Shown: positions 20,289 through 31,240 of the stretch, piece by piece
Position numbering within the stretch: position 1 is the stretch's first letter
Layout of the letters: every line of letters starts with the position of its first letter
Assembly: GCA_039954875.1 (NCBI GenBank)
Contig: CP157202.1
Span: 552,762 to 616,761 of the forward strand
Direction of reading: 5' to 3'
From: Flavobacteriales bacterium
GTDB taxonomy: Bacteria > Bacteroidota > Bacteroidia > Flavobacteriales > Blattabacteriaceae
Length of the DNA: 64,000 bases
Notes under the pieces: model-generated
What the model was told of the DNA's origin: nothing
The model's input: the letters and a program-made list of their open reading frames with translations, nothing else
The model's database searches: none
Made by a program: the position numbers and the translations under genes

Positions 20289-21890
20289 TCAGAAGGGAAG
20301 CTCATCGGTACCGCCTTGAGAAACCTCAGATCTGTCCTCGTTAAAATTGGAGTTCAAGGTCAAACCTTTAGGGGAAACATCTAAAATACGATCCGGATAG
20401 GTAGGATCCGATATAGCATCTTTGTTCATGCTTGAATGCGCCTGGGTGAAGGTTTGTCCGTACACATCTCTATCAGAAAAAGGATACTCTTCCATATCCA
20501 TAAATTTAGCTTGTTCGCTGATGAAACGTAAACGCACATTGTCCAACCCTCCATTGCGATGCTTGGCGACAATGATTTCGGCTTGACCTTGACAAGGAGC
20601 TCCATCGTCACTATCCCAGGTGCTGAAACAGTAATACTCGGGCCGATAGATGAATGAGACAATATCAGCATCTTGCTCAATGGCTCCTGACTCGCGTAAG
20701 TCGGACAATAAAGGACGTTTGCTTCCACCACGTGTCTCTACAGCGCGTGAGAGTTGCGAGAGTGCAATCACAGGTACATCTAACTCCTTGGCAATGGACT
20801 TCAAACTTCGAGAGATGACTGATATCTCCTGTTCGCGATTGCCTGGTTTGACACCCACCCCTACTCCCATGAGCTGCAGATAATCGATCATGATCAGACG
20901 TATACCGTGCCGGGATACCAAGCGACGGCACTTGGCGCGCAAATCAAATATAGATAAGGCCGGAGTATCATCGATAAATAATGGAGCTTCTTCCAAGCGC
21001 TTCACTTTGGAATATAGTTGTTTCCACTCGATATCAGATAAATGGGCTTTTCTAAGCTTTTCGGAAGAGATACCCGTCTCAGAAGCGATCAGTCGGGTGA
21101 TCAACTGTACGGAAGACATCTCTAGAGAAAACAACGCTACTGGGATATTTTGCTCGATAACGATATTCCTAGTCATGGAGAGCATAAAAGCCGTCTTTCC
21201 CATCCCAGGACGAGCAGCAAATATGATCAAATCAGATTTTTGCCAACCCGAGGTGATCTTATCTATCTTGGCAAAACCCGAGGGTACCCCACTCAAACCA
21301 TCAGCGGACTCGACTTTCTTGATACGATCAATGGCTTGTGAAATCAAGGATTGTGCCGTCTCAGAATTTCGTTTCAAATGATCGTGTGTGATCTCAAAAA
21401 GATTGACCTCAGCCACATCGAGGAGTTGGAAAACATCGGTAGTCTCTTCATAGGCTTGTTCTATGATCTCAGAAGAAATATCGATCAAACGCCGCAAGAT
21501 AAATTTCTGTTGGATGATACGGCTATGATACTCGATATGTGCCGAAGAAACTACCCTTTGGGTAAGATGTACTAGATAATAATCTCCTCCTACTACTTCC
21601 AACTTCCCCTCTTGACGGAGCCGTTCGGAAATCGTGTTTAAATCTATAGGCTGAGAGTCGTGAAAGAGCTTCTGAATCGCTCGAAAGAGCTCCTGGTGCG
21701 CAGGCTTGTAGAATATATCTGGGGTAAGGATGTCGATGACTTCATCCAGACCTTTTTTGTCGATCATCATCGCTCCCAAGACAACCTCTTCTAAGTCTAG
21801 GGCTTGAGGTGGTATTTTACCGCGCTCAAAAGGTATCAACACGGATTTTTTTCGATCATAAATGGAAGGCCGGAACTTCTCCATAGGCAA
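20289..21890 (-). CDS. dnaB: Replicative DNA helicase
   Basis: 533 aa. Contains PPQALDLEEVVLGAMM, Walker A ARPGMGKTAF, and IDYLQLM. Confidence 0.95.
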   Translation of the reverse strand: MPMEKFRPSIYDRKKSVLIPFERGKIPPQALDLEEVVLGAMMIDKKGLDEVIDILTPDIFYKPAHQELFRAIQKLFHDSQPIDLNTISERLRQEGKLEVVGGDYYLVHLTQRVVSSAHIEYHSRIIQQKFILRRLIDISSEIIEQAYEETTDVFQLLDVAEVNLFEITHDHLKRNSETAQSLISQAIDRIKKVESADGLSGVPSGFAKIDKITSGWQKSDLIIFAARPGMGKTAFMLSMTRNIVIEQNIPVALFSLEMSSVQLITRLIASETGISSEKLRKAHLSDIEWKQLYSKVKRLEEAPLFIDDTPALSIFDLRAKCRRLVSRHGIRLIMIDYLQLMGVGVGVKPGNREQEISVISRSLKSIAKELDVPVIALSQLSRAVETRGGSKRPLLSDLRESGAIEQDADIVSFIYRPEYYCFSTWDSDDGAPCQGQAEIIVAKHRNGGLDNVRLRFISEQAKFMDMEEYPFSDRDVYGQTFTQAHSSMNKDAISDPTYPDRILDVSPKGLTLNSNFNEDRSEVSQGGTDELPF

Positions 21891-21995
21891 GCAAAAATAG
21901 AAAAAGTACCCTCACGGATCAATGCTTGTTGATAAATAAAAACTAAAAAAAGACTAACATGTTGAGCTCAAACGAGATGGATTTATCAACTGCTT

Positions 21996-22949
21996 CTACC
22001 CATCAAATACTCCCATACTGGTATATTTCTCTTGCCGCTCTTTGACGAGCTGTGTTGTCTCAAGAGTAGATAGTTCTTTATAGCCTTTGAGGATCTGTTT
22101 CCTGACGAGTTTGTAGGCTTCTTCCGGATGGAAATGAGCACCGCCAAGGGGTTCTTTAATGACCTCATCAATGAGTCTTAATTTAAGCATATTGCTGGCA
22201 GTTAGTTTGAGGGCTTTGGCAGCCTTTTCCTTGTATTCCCAACTTCGCCAAAGTATGGTCGAGCAACTTTCGGGCGAGATCACAGAGTACCAAGTATTCT
22301 CCATCATATAGACCCGATCTCCGATGCCAATGCCCAAAGCACCACCACTGGCTCCTTCTCCTATGACGATGGCCAAGACAGGCACTTTCAGACACATCAT
22401 TTCATAAATATTTTTACCGATGGCTTCTCCTTGACCACGTTTTTCAGCTTCTAGGCCTGGATAAGCCCCAGGAGTATCTATCAATGTTATTATAGGTTTT
22501 TGAAATTTCTCAGCCAATTTCATCAGGCGAAGAGCTTTTCTATACCCTTCAGGATTGGGCATACCAAAACGACGATACTGACGATCTTTAGTATTCTTAC
22601 CTTTCTGCGTACCGATGAGCATAAAAGTTTTGCCATCTATCTTTCCAAAACCACCCACTATAGCCTTATCATCGGCGGTATTACGATCTCCGTGCAGTTC
22701 GATAAAAATACCTTTAGTGATGGTTTGTATGTAGTCGAGCGTATAAGGCCTATTGGGGTGTCTAGAGAGCTGTACCCTTTGCCAAGGGGTCAATTTAGTA
22801 TGTATTTTCTTGATGGTTTTTTCCAACTTCTGTTGGAGTTGCTCACAAGCTTCCTTGACATCTACGCCACTTTCTTGTCCGAGAAGGGCACATTTGGCAT
22901 ATTGTTCGTGAAGTTCTTTGATTGGTTTTTCAAAATCCAAATATTCCAT
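21996..22949 (-). CDS. accA: Acetyl-CoA carboxylase carboxyltransferase alpha subunit
   Basis: Contains [13 protein letters not shown]...[11 protein letters not shown]...[19 protein letters not shown]. The likely start is at 22949; the ORF track extends to 23003. Confidence 0.93.
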   Translation of the reverse strand: MEYLDFEKPIKELHEQYAKCALLGQESGVDVKEACEQLQQKLEKTIKKIHTKLTPWQRVQLSRHPNRPYTLDYIQTITKGIFIELHGDRNTADDKAIVGGFGKIDGKTFMLIGTQKGKNTKDRQYRRFGMPNPEGYRKALRLMKLAEKFQKPIITLIDTPGAYPGLEAEKRGQGEAIGKNIYEMMCLKVPVLAIVIGEGASGGALGIGIGDRVYMMENTWYSVISPESCSTILWRSWEYKEKAAKALKLTASNMLKLRLIDEVIKEPLGGAHFHPEEAYKLVRKQILKGYKELSTLETTQLVKERQEKYTSMGVFDG

Positions 22950-22999
22950 AAGATTGTACATTAAGGCAAAGATAATCATTTGTAAATAGGAGAGCTTTT

Positions 23000-23874
23000 T
23001 CAATCCTTAGACCCTATTTTCCTCTCGCTACATTGGTTGAAGAAAATAACCGAGATCATCACCAACACAGCAATATAAAAGTTAAGTTCCACCTTTTCGA
23101 CTGACCCAAACAAAAAGTAAACAATCAAAACATGGTAGATAGGTTCTAGATTTAATGTGAGCATAAGAGTATAAGAACTGATATTCTTCATCAATTTGAA
23201 CAATGCTATCTAATAGGCTGTCAAGACCGTTCCAAGCAACAAAACCCAAAAAAAATCTTTCGTACCAATGTTTACGATGGCATCGATCTCTACTTGCATA
23301 AGGAGGTATAAGGTGATGAACTCAACACTACCCAACATTTCATAAAAAATGATGATATGAGGACTATTCTTGCGAAGAAAGATCACATTCAACATGTTTA
23401 AAAAGGCCGAAAGGAAAGCGGCTAAGACCCCAAAATCGATGCTTTGTATGTACTCCTGACCACGACTATATAAGATGGTGATCAGACAAAGTACTACTAC
23501 AATAGCCAAAAGTAATTCATAAACCTTCATAGCTTTCTTGAAAAAGACTGACTCGAGAAACAACTATGAATAAAGCTTTTGGAGAGAGAGGCAAGATAGG
23601 CTAACGGAAATATTGGATACTTGGATGATGTAAAAAAACAAATCCAATGCACAGAGAGGATTAAACAACCGCCGAGAAGCATCCATAATCTAGACTATGT
23701 CACTTTTAACCAGATCTCCTTTGTTCGTAGATATCCATAGATGAAGACCGTGGCCACGAGCATCTGCCATCAAACCAAGGGGCTGGCCAAGATGTTAACC
23801 GGTTTTCTAATGATACCGGCAAAGCCCCAAAGGATAATAAACAAATGTATTTGTAGTCTGTACGATATTATCAT
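23000..23874 (-). pseudogene. EamA/DMT-family transporter, decayed (in-frame TGA, TAG, TAA)
   Basis: The minus strand from ATG at 23874 reads MIISYRLQIHLFIILWGFAGIIRKPVNILASPLV*WQMLVAT...KVT*SRLWMLLGGCLILSVHWICFF..., continuing into ORFs 23210-23563 and 23000-23203 (LNLEPIYHVLIVYFLFGS), which are separated by stops. Confidence 0.65.
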
Positions 23875-23974
23875 TTGATAAAATATTACCGGGCAAAAAT
23901 ATATTTACTAATGATATGAGCTATCTGTACTTATCTCATATTAATGACTTGTAAAAAAACACCTCCTCTTATAT

Positions 23975-24778
23975 TTGTCTAAACCAATCCAAAAGCCCAT
24001 GGAGATTTTATTTAAACCTTATGCATGGATTGCCTTATCCACACTTGTTCTTATGGAAATAGTGCTTGGGATAGACAATCTGTTGTTTTTATCGATCATC
24101 TCCGGAAAGCCTCAGCCAGTACTACCCGACTTAGTCCTGGTTATGCTTTTTCGAATAGAGCTCCTCTTATACATATTTTTGGTATTGGAGTTATCAAAAA
24201 TCTTAATTGAATTTTAACTTGAATTTGGATAAGGGATCACTTCTTAGGTCAAAACATAATCTTATTACTCGGCGGTATTTTCATCATCTATAAAAAGGTC
24301 AACAAGATCCATCATAAATTGAAAGACATCCATGAAGGGGGATATCTATCTCCATCGAAGCACTCCTTTTTGGGGTGATAGTACAAATCATATTGCTCGA
24401 TATGTTATTTTCTACCGATAGCATCTTGACGGCTATCGGACAGACTAGCTTGAAAGAAAACCTTCTGAAGGCTTTGGCCACATTTTTTTTGGGGGGGCTT
24501 CTTGATTGTATTGGGTATCATCGTTACTGTTGTAGTGACGTTCGTCTTTTCAGGTTCAGTGAATCAGTTTCATTCATCTACACCTTTAATACAGATTCTC
24601 AGACTTTCTTTTCTCCTATTAATCTGTGTGATGTTCTTATTGGAGCCCTCTCATATGGGGAATTTTTTCTTGGGCGGAAATACCATCCAGGCCCATCTCT
24701 AAGGGGTGTTTGTATCTAGTAATCTTTTTTATCCTACTGGTAGAGGTTTTGAATATAAAGAGGAGAAAGCATTGTTAG
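23975..24778 (+). pseudogene. TerC-family integral membrane protein, decayed (several frameshifts)
   Basis: Motifs are spread over three frames: LMEIVLGIDNLLFLSI, GQNIILLLGGIFIIYKKVNKIHHKL, VVQIILLDMLFSTDSILTAIGQT, LIVLGIIVTVVVTFVFSGSVNQF, LSFLLLICVMFLLE, and KGCLYLVIFFILLVEVLNIKRRK*. A T8G7 homopolymer junction lies at 24483-24497. Confidence 0.7.
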
Positions 24779-24840
24779 TCCTTAAAACGTATCACAAATA
24801 CATCATATTCTTAAAAAAAAACAATAAGTACGATAATAAA

Positions 24841-26244
24841 CTAAATGTGCAGAGGTCTATTGCTGGTAGCAGATAAGGCCGCTTCTCTGATGGCCTCAGA
24901 GAAGGTCGGATGTGGATGAGAGATCCTTGTAATGTCCTCGGCAGAAGCACGAAATTCCATTACTGTGACAGCCTCCATGATCATATCTGCTGCACGGGCT
25001 CCGATCATATGTACGCCTAAAATTTCATCAGTCTTCTCATCGGCTAATATTTTTACCAGACCGTCCATATCGCCACTGGCACGGGCACGGCCCAAGGCAC
25101 GCATCGGAAACTGACCAGTTTTGTAGGAGATGCATTTTTCTTGCAATTGAGTTTCGGTCTTGCCTACACCGGCTACTTCTGGCCACGTATAGACCACCGA
25201 CGGGATTAGATTATAATCGATATGAGGCTTTTGACCCACTAATCGTTCTACGACACACAGGCCCTCTTCTTCGGCTTTATGGGCTAACATTATTCCTCCG
25301 ATGACATCACCTATGGCATAGACGTTTTCAACACTGGTTTGCATATTTGCGTTGACTAAAACAAAACCTTTAGCATCTTTTTCAATTCCAAGTTTTTCCA
25401 AGCCAAGCCCTTCAGTAAAAGGTTTACGCCCTACGGCTACAAGGCAATAATCACCTGTGAGTTGTATATTCTTGCCCTCTTGGGTCTCGGTCTTAACAAT
25501 AACCTCAGCATCTTGCATTTTTACCCCTGTGACCCGGGTAGAGAGATGGAACTGAATCCCAGATTTCTTTAGGATTTTTTGTGATTCTTTGCTCAAGGTA
25601 TGATCCATTATGGGGATGAGCCTATTCATGAATTCGACAACAACGACTTCACTTCCTAATCTATTGTACACCGAGCTAATTTCTAAGCCGATTACACCGC
25701 CTCCGATGACTATCAAACGCTTAGGTACTTCAGCCAGGGCTAAGGCTTCGGTAGAGGAAATAATTCGTTTTTTGTCGATGTCTAAACCCGGTAGACTGGA
25801 AGGCTTAGATCCTGTAGCGATAATGGCGTAACGAAATTCGATCTCTTCGACAGACTTATCTCTTCCATAGATCGAAATATGGTTCTTGTCTTTGAAGGTG
25901 CCCCATCCGTAGTGAACGTTGATCTTATTTTTGTCCATCAGATACTTCATGCCATCACAGGTCTGCTTGACTACTTGATCTTTGCGGGCTATCAATTGCT
26001 TGAAGTCTAAAGACAAATCCTTGTAAAGGATGCCATGGATAGAGAAATTTTTCTGTGCTTGATGGTAATGTTCAGAAGAGTCCAAAAGCGCTTTCGAAGG
26101 GATACAGCCTACATTGAGACAAGTTCCTCCCAAGGTAGGATATTTTTCGATGAGTGTCGTTTTGAAACCAAGCTGTGCGGCGCGGATAGCAGTGACATAT
26201 CCTCCTGGGCCAGAACCTATGATAGCGATATCGTATGCATTCAT
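24841..26244 (-). CDS. lpdA: Dihydrolipoyl dehydrogenase (E3)
   Basis: 467 aa. FAD motif GSGPGGY, redox-active GGTCLNVGCIPSK, and C-terminal HPHPTFSE. Confidence 0.93.
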   Translation of the reverse strand: MNAYDIAIIGSGPGGYVTAIRAAQLGFKTTLIEKYPTLGGTCLNVGCIPSKALLDSSEHYHQAQKNFSIHGILYKDLSLDFKQLIARKDQVVKQTCDGMKYLMDKNKINVHYGWGTFKDKNHISIYGRDKSVEEIEFRYAIIATGSKPSSLPGLDIDKKRIISSTEALALAEVPKRLIVIGGGVIGLEISSVYNRLGSEVVVVEFMNRLIPIMDHTLSKESQKILKKSGIQFHLSTRVTGVKMQDAEVIVKTETQEGKNIQLTGDYCLVAVGRKPFTEGLGLEKLGIEKDAKGFVLVNANMQTSVENVYAIGDVIGGIMLAHKAEEEGLCVVERLVGQKPHIDYNLIPSVVYTWPEVAGVGKTETQLQEKCISYKTGQFPMRALGRARASGDMDGLVKILADEKTDEILGVHMIGARAADMIMEAVTVMEFRASAEDITRISHPHPTFSEAIREAALSATSNRPLHI

Positions 26245-26310
26245 TTTTGGCGTATTGATGGATCAAATTTACTGATATAAAGGATATAGACAATCATATC
26301 ATCGGAGCCC

Positions 26311-27282
26311 TCACATATCCAAGACATGGGCAAAGATCAAAGGGGCGACGATAGTGGCATCGGATTCGATGACAAATCTTGGGCTATCCACATCTAGTTT
26401 ACCCCAGGTGATCTTTTCGTTGGGGACAGCGCCAGAATAAGATCCGTAACTGGTGGTAGAATCCGAGATCTGGCAAAAATAACTCCATAAAGGGGTCTCT
26501 TTCAATTGCATGTCTTGATGTAGCATCGGTACGACACAGATGGGGAAATCTCCTGCAATACCTCCACCGATTTGAAAAAATCCTACCCCTTTACCAGACG
26601 CATTATTGTGATACCAATTTGCCAGAAAACTCATATATTCGATCCCGTTTTTTACAATGGAGGGTTTTAATTGACCTTTTATACAATAGGCGGCGAAGAT
26701 ATTACCCATCGTACTGTCTTCCCAACCGGGCACGACGATACGCAAATCCTTCTCGGCAGCAGCCAACATCCAACTGTCTTTCGGATCGATTTCGTAATAG
26801 GGTTCTAGGAGGCCGCTTCGTAACAATTCGTACATGTACTCATGGGGAAAGTATCGTTCGGCTTTTATTTCTGCTCTATACCATGTCTCATAGATGTGTT
26901 TTTCTAATCGTCTAAAGGCTTCTTCTTCGGGTATGCAAGTATCAGTGACGCGATTCCAGCCCTTGACTAATAGTTCCCTTTCCTGCTGAGGGGTTAAGCC
27001 TCTATAGTGTGGTATGCGTTTGTAATTAGAATGGGCTACGAGATTCATCAGGTCTTCTTCTAGATTGGCGCCAGTGCAGGAAATAATCTGTACTTTATCT
27101 TGGCGAATCATCTCAGCCAAGATCTTGCCTAATTCTGCAGTGCTCATAGCCCCGGCTAAGGTTATCATCATTTTTCCACCTTGTCTCAGATGGGTTTTGT
27201 AGGCTTTAGAAGCTTCTACTAGAGCAGCTGCGTTGAAGTGTAAGAAATATTTCTCAATGAAAGAACTAATCGGATTGGCCAT
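26311..27282 (-). CDS. Deoxyhypusine synthase family protein (bacterial DHS-like)
   Basis: 323 aa. Contains LAGAMSTAELG, CTGANLEEDLMNLVAH, NRVTDTCIPEEEA, FFQIGGGIAGDFPICVVPML, and DSTTSYGSYSGAVPNEKITWGKL. Confidence 0.85.
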   Translation of the reverse strand: MANPISSFIEKYFLHFNAAALVEASKAYKTHLRQGGKMMITLAGAMSTAELGKILAEMIRQDKVQIISCTGANLEEDLMNLVAHSNYKRIPHYRGLTPQQERELLVKGWNRVTDTCIPEEEAFRRLEKHIYETWYRAEIKAERYFPHEYMYELLRSGLLEPYYEIDPKDSWMLAAAEKDLRIVVPGWEDSTMGNIFAAYCIKGQLKPSIVKNGIEYMSFLANWYHNNASGKGVGFFQIGGGIAGDFPICVVPMLHQDMQLKETPLWSYFCQISDSTTSYGSYSGAVPNEKITWGKLDVDSPRFVIESDATIVAPLIFAHVLDM

Positions 27283-27406
27283 AGTTTAAACTGGATTTTT
27301 TTTACTGATTTAAAATTTCCGACTTGGATTAGAGTCTATTTTCTCATTCAAAAATATCAAAAAAAATTATTTTAGCTAAACAAAATATCTAGCCCTATAA
27401 GACATT

Positions 27407-28978
27407 TCATTTAGCGATCTGTATAGCTCTGGTCTCTCGGATGACGGTGACTTTTACCTGGCCGGGATAGATCATCTGGTTCTGAATCTTGTCTGTGATT
27501 TCGTAAGATAATTGAAAGGTTTTTTTATCATCGATCTTATCACTCTCGACCATTACACGCAATTCACGACCTGCTTGTATAGCAAAGGCCTTATTTACAC
27601 CGTCAAAACTCAGGGCGGTATTTTCAAGATCTTTTAACCGCTTCATATAGGATTCAAAAGTGCTTCTCCGTATTCCGGGGCGGGCACCGCTGATGGCGTC
27701 GGCTACTTGTACAATGGGCGAAATAAGGGTATTCATCTCGATTTCGTCATGATGGGCACCTATAGCATTACACACATCGGGGTGTTCTCCATATCTTTCG
27801 GCCCATTGCATACCTAGGAGGGCATGAGGTAATTCGGTTTCGGTCTCGGGGATTTTACCGATGTCGTGTAAGAAGCCTGCACGTTTGGCTAATTTGGTAT
27901 TTAAACCTAGTTCTGCAGCCAATACACTAGCTAAATTAGCCACTTCACGAGCATGTTGTAAGAGGTTTTGCCCGTAGGAAGAACGATACTTCATTCGACC
28001 AATGGTTTTGATCAACTCGGGATGCAGGCCATGAATACCAATATCGATCACGTTTTTTTTTCCGGTTTCAATGATCTCTTCTTCGATCTGTCTCTCTGTC
28101 TTGGTTACGATTTCTTCGATACGTGCTGGATGGATGCGTCCGTCCAAGACCAATTTATGAAGCGAAAGTCTAGCAATCTCTCGGCGCACAGGGTTGAAAC
28201 AAGATAAAAGAATGGCTTCAGGTGTATCATCGACGATGATCTCTACTCCTGTGGCTTGCTCAAGTGCTCGGATGTTACGTCCCTCACGGCCAATTATACG
28301 ACCTTTGATGTCATCAGATTCGATGTTGAAGACCGATACCGCATTTTCGATAGCTTGCTCGGTACCTATCCTCTGGATAGCTTGGACGACGATTTTTCTA
28401 GCCTCTGTCTTAGCAGTTAATTGAGATTCTTCTACGATCTGTTGTATGTAGGACTGAGCTTTCACCTTGGCCTCATCTTTGAGGACTTCGACCAATGCTT
28501 CACGGGCTTCTCTAGCTGAATAATTGGATGTTCTCTCCAATAATTCTACTTGTTTGGTATGTATATTGTTGAGTTCTTCTTGCTTCTTTTGAAAAACTTG
28601 TACTCGTTTTTCATAGTCGGTAATTTGTGTTTCCAAACGCACATTTTTTCTATGCTGGATCTCGATCTCTTTGGAAAGCCTGGCTTCTTCTTCACGGATG
28701 CGTTTTTCGATGTCAATGATTTTTTTCTCACGGATATTGCATTCTTTTTCGTGCCTAGATTTGAGTTCTATAAATCGTTCTTTGGTTTGAAGTATCTTAT
28801 CTTTCTTAATAGTTTCACCTTCTCTCTCAGCGTTTTTAATAATTTTTCGGGCTTTACTAATAGCCTCTTCCAACAATTGATTATATCTTTTTAAGATAGC
28901 CCTCTTACGAAGATTGTAACAAAGGACAAATCCCGCTATCAATCCTCCTACAATGGCTATCATAATGTTCATTTCCAT
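27407..28978 (-). CDS. rny: Ribonuclease Y
   Basis: 523 aa. N-terminal TM, long coiled coil, KH domain ([13 protein letters not shown]), and HD domain (FLHDIGK...GAHH). Confidence 0.93.
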   Translation of the reverse strand: MEMNIMIAIVGGLIAGFVLCYNLRKRAILKRYNQLLEEAISKARKIIKNAEREGETIKKDKILQTKERFIELKSRHEKECNIREKKIIDIEKRIREEEARLSKEIEIQHRKNVRLETQITDYEKRVQVFQKKQEELNNIHTKQVELLERTSNYSAREAREALVEVLKDEAKVKAQSYIQQIVEESQLTAKTEARKIVVQAIQRIGTEQAIENAVSVFNIESDDIKGRIIGREGRNIRALEQATGVEIIVDDTPEAILLSCFNPVRREIARLSLHKLVLDGRIHPARIEEIVTKTERQIEEEIIETGKKNVIDIGIHGLHPELIKTIGRMKYRSSYGQNLLQHAREVANLASVLAAELGLNTKLAKRAGFLHDIGKIPETETELPHALLGMQWAERYGEHPDVCNAIGAHHDEIEMNTLISPIVQVADAISGARPGIRRSTFESYMKRLKDLENTALSFDGVNKAFAIQAGRELRVMVESDKIDDKKTFQLSYEITDKIQNQMIYPGQVKVTVIRETRAIQIAK

Positions 28979-29212
28979 ATTTTAATTCTTTTTAAAATAA
29001 AAAAACCCACTCCATTTCTTTTAAAAATCGCAAGCTCTTTATCAATAGGATTGAGGTCAAGACATCGTTCAGGTATTGCTGTGCTTGGTTTGAACCCCTC
29101 GAAAGTACAAGCCCCGATCTACAATGTCATTGACTTGGTAATTGAGCTCATGTTGAGCTTATAAATTGCAATTGAAACAGATGTAGGTATAGTACACAGA
29201 AAGTTTCAACCT

Positions 29213-29527
29213 TTACAAGGCTTCATCCATCTGCTTGATGATATCTCCTATGCTATGATATAAAAATTTTTCTCCCCTATGTTTGTCTCGTTGCCCGATT
29301 TCTATCCTCGAAGCATATTGCAATAAACACATAGAAAGCGTATCTTGCTTATCCCTGACAGCATACTTGAGCTCGATATTTTTGAGCGCTGCTGCAATAT
29401 CTTTTGCAGCCTTGCGCACAGCAGATTCCTCCTCTTTTAGAACAGTCATCGGATAATACCTATCTGCAATCAGTACATTTATCTTGACACGTTCTTGCAT
29501 GATGTTTCTACTATTTGAGTTGATCAA
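29213..29527 (-). CDS. zapA: Cell division protein ZapA-like
   Basis: 104 aa. ZapA-like core KINVLIADRYYPMTV...EEESAVRKAAKDI, located upstream of rny as is usual in Bacteroidota. Confidence 0.72.
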   Translation of the reverse strand: MINSNSRNIMQERVKINVLIADRYYPMTVLKEEESAVRKAAKDIAAALKNIELKYAVRDKQDTLSMCLLQYASRIEIGQRDKHRGEKFLYHSIGDIIKQMDEAL

Positions 29528-29795
29528 TACATTGATCGATCCTTCTAACCAATAGATTTATCTTATATTTCATTAACTTTTTATAGGCTTTGTCGCCCAG
29601 CATTGCATTCGCTACCTTGAGCCACTCGTTCGCTTCCTTCAATTCTAAATTGACTGTTTGCTGTTTTTTTAGTTTTTGCTTCAATTTCTGATTTTCTTCC
29701 TTCAACATCATGATCGTTTGTTTCCGATCTTTATGGGAGGCTAGTAGGGTAACTAATTTTTCTTTCAATTGCGTCAATAAGCCTTCTATATCCAT
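29511..29795 (-). CDS. Small coiled-coil protein (hypothetical, ZapB-like architecture)
   Basis: 94 aa with heptad-rich K/E/L composition. It overlaps the zapA start by 17 nt, consistent with translational coupling. Confidence 0.6.
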   Translation of the reverse strand: MDIEGLLTQLKEKLVTLLASHKDRKQTIMMLKEENQKLKQKLKKQQTVNLELKEANEWLKVANAMLGDKAYKKLMKYKINLLVRRIDQCIDQLK

Positions 29796-30808
29796 AGGTT
29801 GAACGCCAGCTGAAAATGCAGTAACAAATGTACATACGCAAACTGAATTACTGAAAAATATTCTAAAGAAGTCATCAAGAGATTAGGTCATTAGCATGCT
29901 TCTAGAAACCTCATACAGGTCTGCCTCAAATGAGAAAACCCGTAGATAAGATTTTAAAAAAAAAACAATTTCTTGACCTCCTTTCATTAAGGCAAAACCG
30001 TCTTCTCGAAATAATCGAACTATCCTATTTGGAAGATATGTGGAAGACAAGAATTGAATGAATCTGTTTTTTTTGAAATATCTTTTTTAAGATTTTAGTA
30101 TTTTTATTTAGGTATCGCTCTTTTGTTTTTCCCATCAATCCTCTGCACACCCATGAAAAGGATTTTTTTAACTACTACTCACGGCTCTATACCTTTACAC
30201 CACCCTAATGGAAGGAAAATTATCATTCGGGCTATGGTGCTATCCAAGAGGCACAACACTTCTTCACCCGCAACGATTTGGACTTATTCCACAAGACTGA
30301 AAGTGGCTTTTTATCCTGGAAATGAGTTATAGTACCGGCCTGAATGTTTTTTTAACACTTTTGACAGCCTAACAATTGCAACAGATTATCGACTATACTA
30401 CTACAGAAAAAAAATATTCTATATATTAAACTGAGTGATATGTGTTTAACTATCTATAACTACTTTGGGTCAAAGCTTCGCATCAGGTATATCGTCTACT
30501 TTTCGAAAGTCGCTGGGACAAGACTACGGAGATTTACTTTTAGTTTAAATTCTAAAAAGTCTTGACTAATCTTGTCAACTTCACTACAGAAAAATATTTC
30601 TACCTTATCTATTTTTATACTTTCAGCCCAAAGGTATAACCTAAACTCTGGCAAAATGCTATCTTTAAATGACTTTTCACACGGATGCATTAATGGCGGT
30701 CTTGTAACCTATTCATTTCAAAGGCTAGGTACGTAGCGCTTTGCAAGCAGCTGGATTTATGATAGAGAAATATCCCGGACCATCAGGGAAAAGGGAGATG
30801 TCATAAAC

Positions 30809-31240
30809 GTGGAAAAAACAATCTCTATCGTGAATAGATTGAACATCAGAGTATACGGCATCCTAGAATATCGAGGGAAAATCCTCCTCATCGAGGAGTC
30901 TTATTTACAGCAAATTATCGTTAAGTTTCCCGGTGGTGGGCTGAACTTCGGTGAGGGGCTTATCGATGCGTTGAAACGTGAATTTCTCGAAGAACTCGAC
31001 CTACCTATAGTGATCCGAAGCCATTTTTATACTTTGGATTTTTTTCAACCTTCGGCCTTCTGTAAGCAGGAGCAATTTTTGGCTATTTATTATAAGGTCT
31101 ATACGCATGATCTATATAGATTAAAAATATTAGATCCTAAAATTATACGGCTATATTGGACTCCCTTAGAAAGCTTGGATGAGGATATACTTACCTTGCC
31201 TGTAGACAAAAAAGTCGTCACACTCCTCAAACATGAATGA
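30809..31240 (+). CDS. NUDIX hydrolase
   Basis: 143 aa. Nudix box GGGLNFGEGLIDALKREFLEELDL. GTG start. Confidence 0.8.
   Translation: MEKTISIVNRLNIRVYGILEYRGKILLIEESYLQQIIVKFPGGGLNFGEGLIDALKREFLEELDLPIVIRSHFYTLDFFQPSAFCKQEQFLAIYYKVYTHDLYRLKILDPKIIRLYWTPLESLDEDILTLPVDKKVVTLLKHE

Noticed and set aside
23000-23874. The possibility that in-frame TGA codons mean TGA=Trp recoding. The TGA in ...SPLV*WQML aligns near a conserved aromatic residue.
   Set aside because: Many intact genes end at TGA at exactly the expected protein length (rpmJ, ndk, PNP, NUDIX, DUF1343). The same remnants also contain TAA and TAG stops. The standard bacterial code fits.
24033-24041. A perfect DnaA box TTATCCACA, and the AT-rich islands considered as a possible oriC.
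   Set aside because: The single perfect box lies inside the TerC remnant, where it encodes ...ALSTL.... One such match is expected by chance in 64 kb on both strands. The AT-rich islands contain no clustered DnaA boxes, and dnaA is not nearby.
29085-29110. A tRNA-like T-arm string (ggtttgaacccc) in the zapA-rny spacer.
   Set aside because: No complementary T-stem, acceptor stem or anticodon arm can be drawn on either strand.
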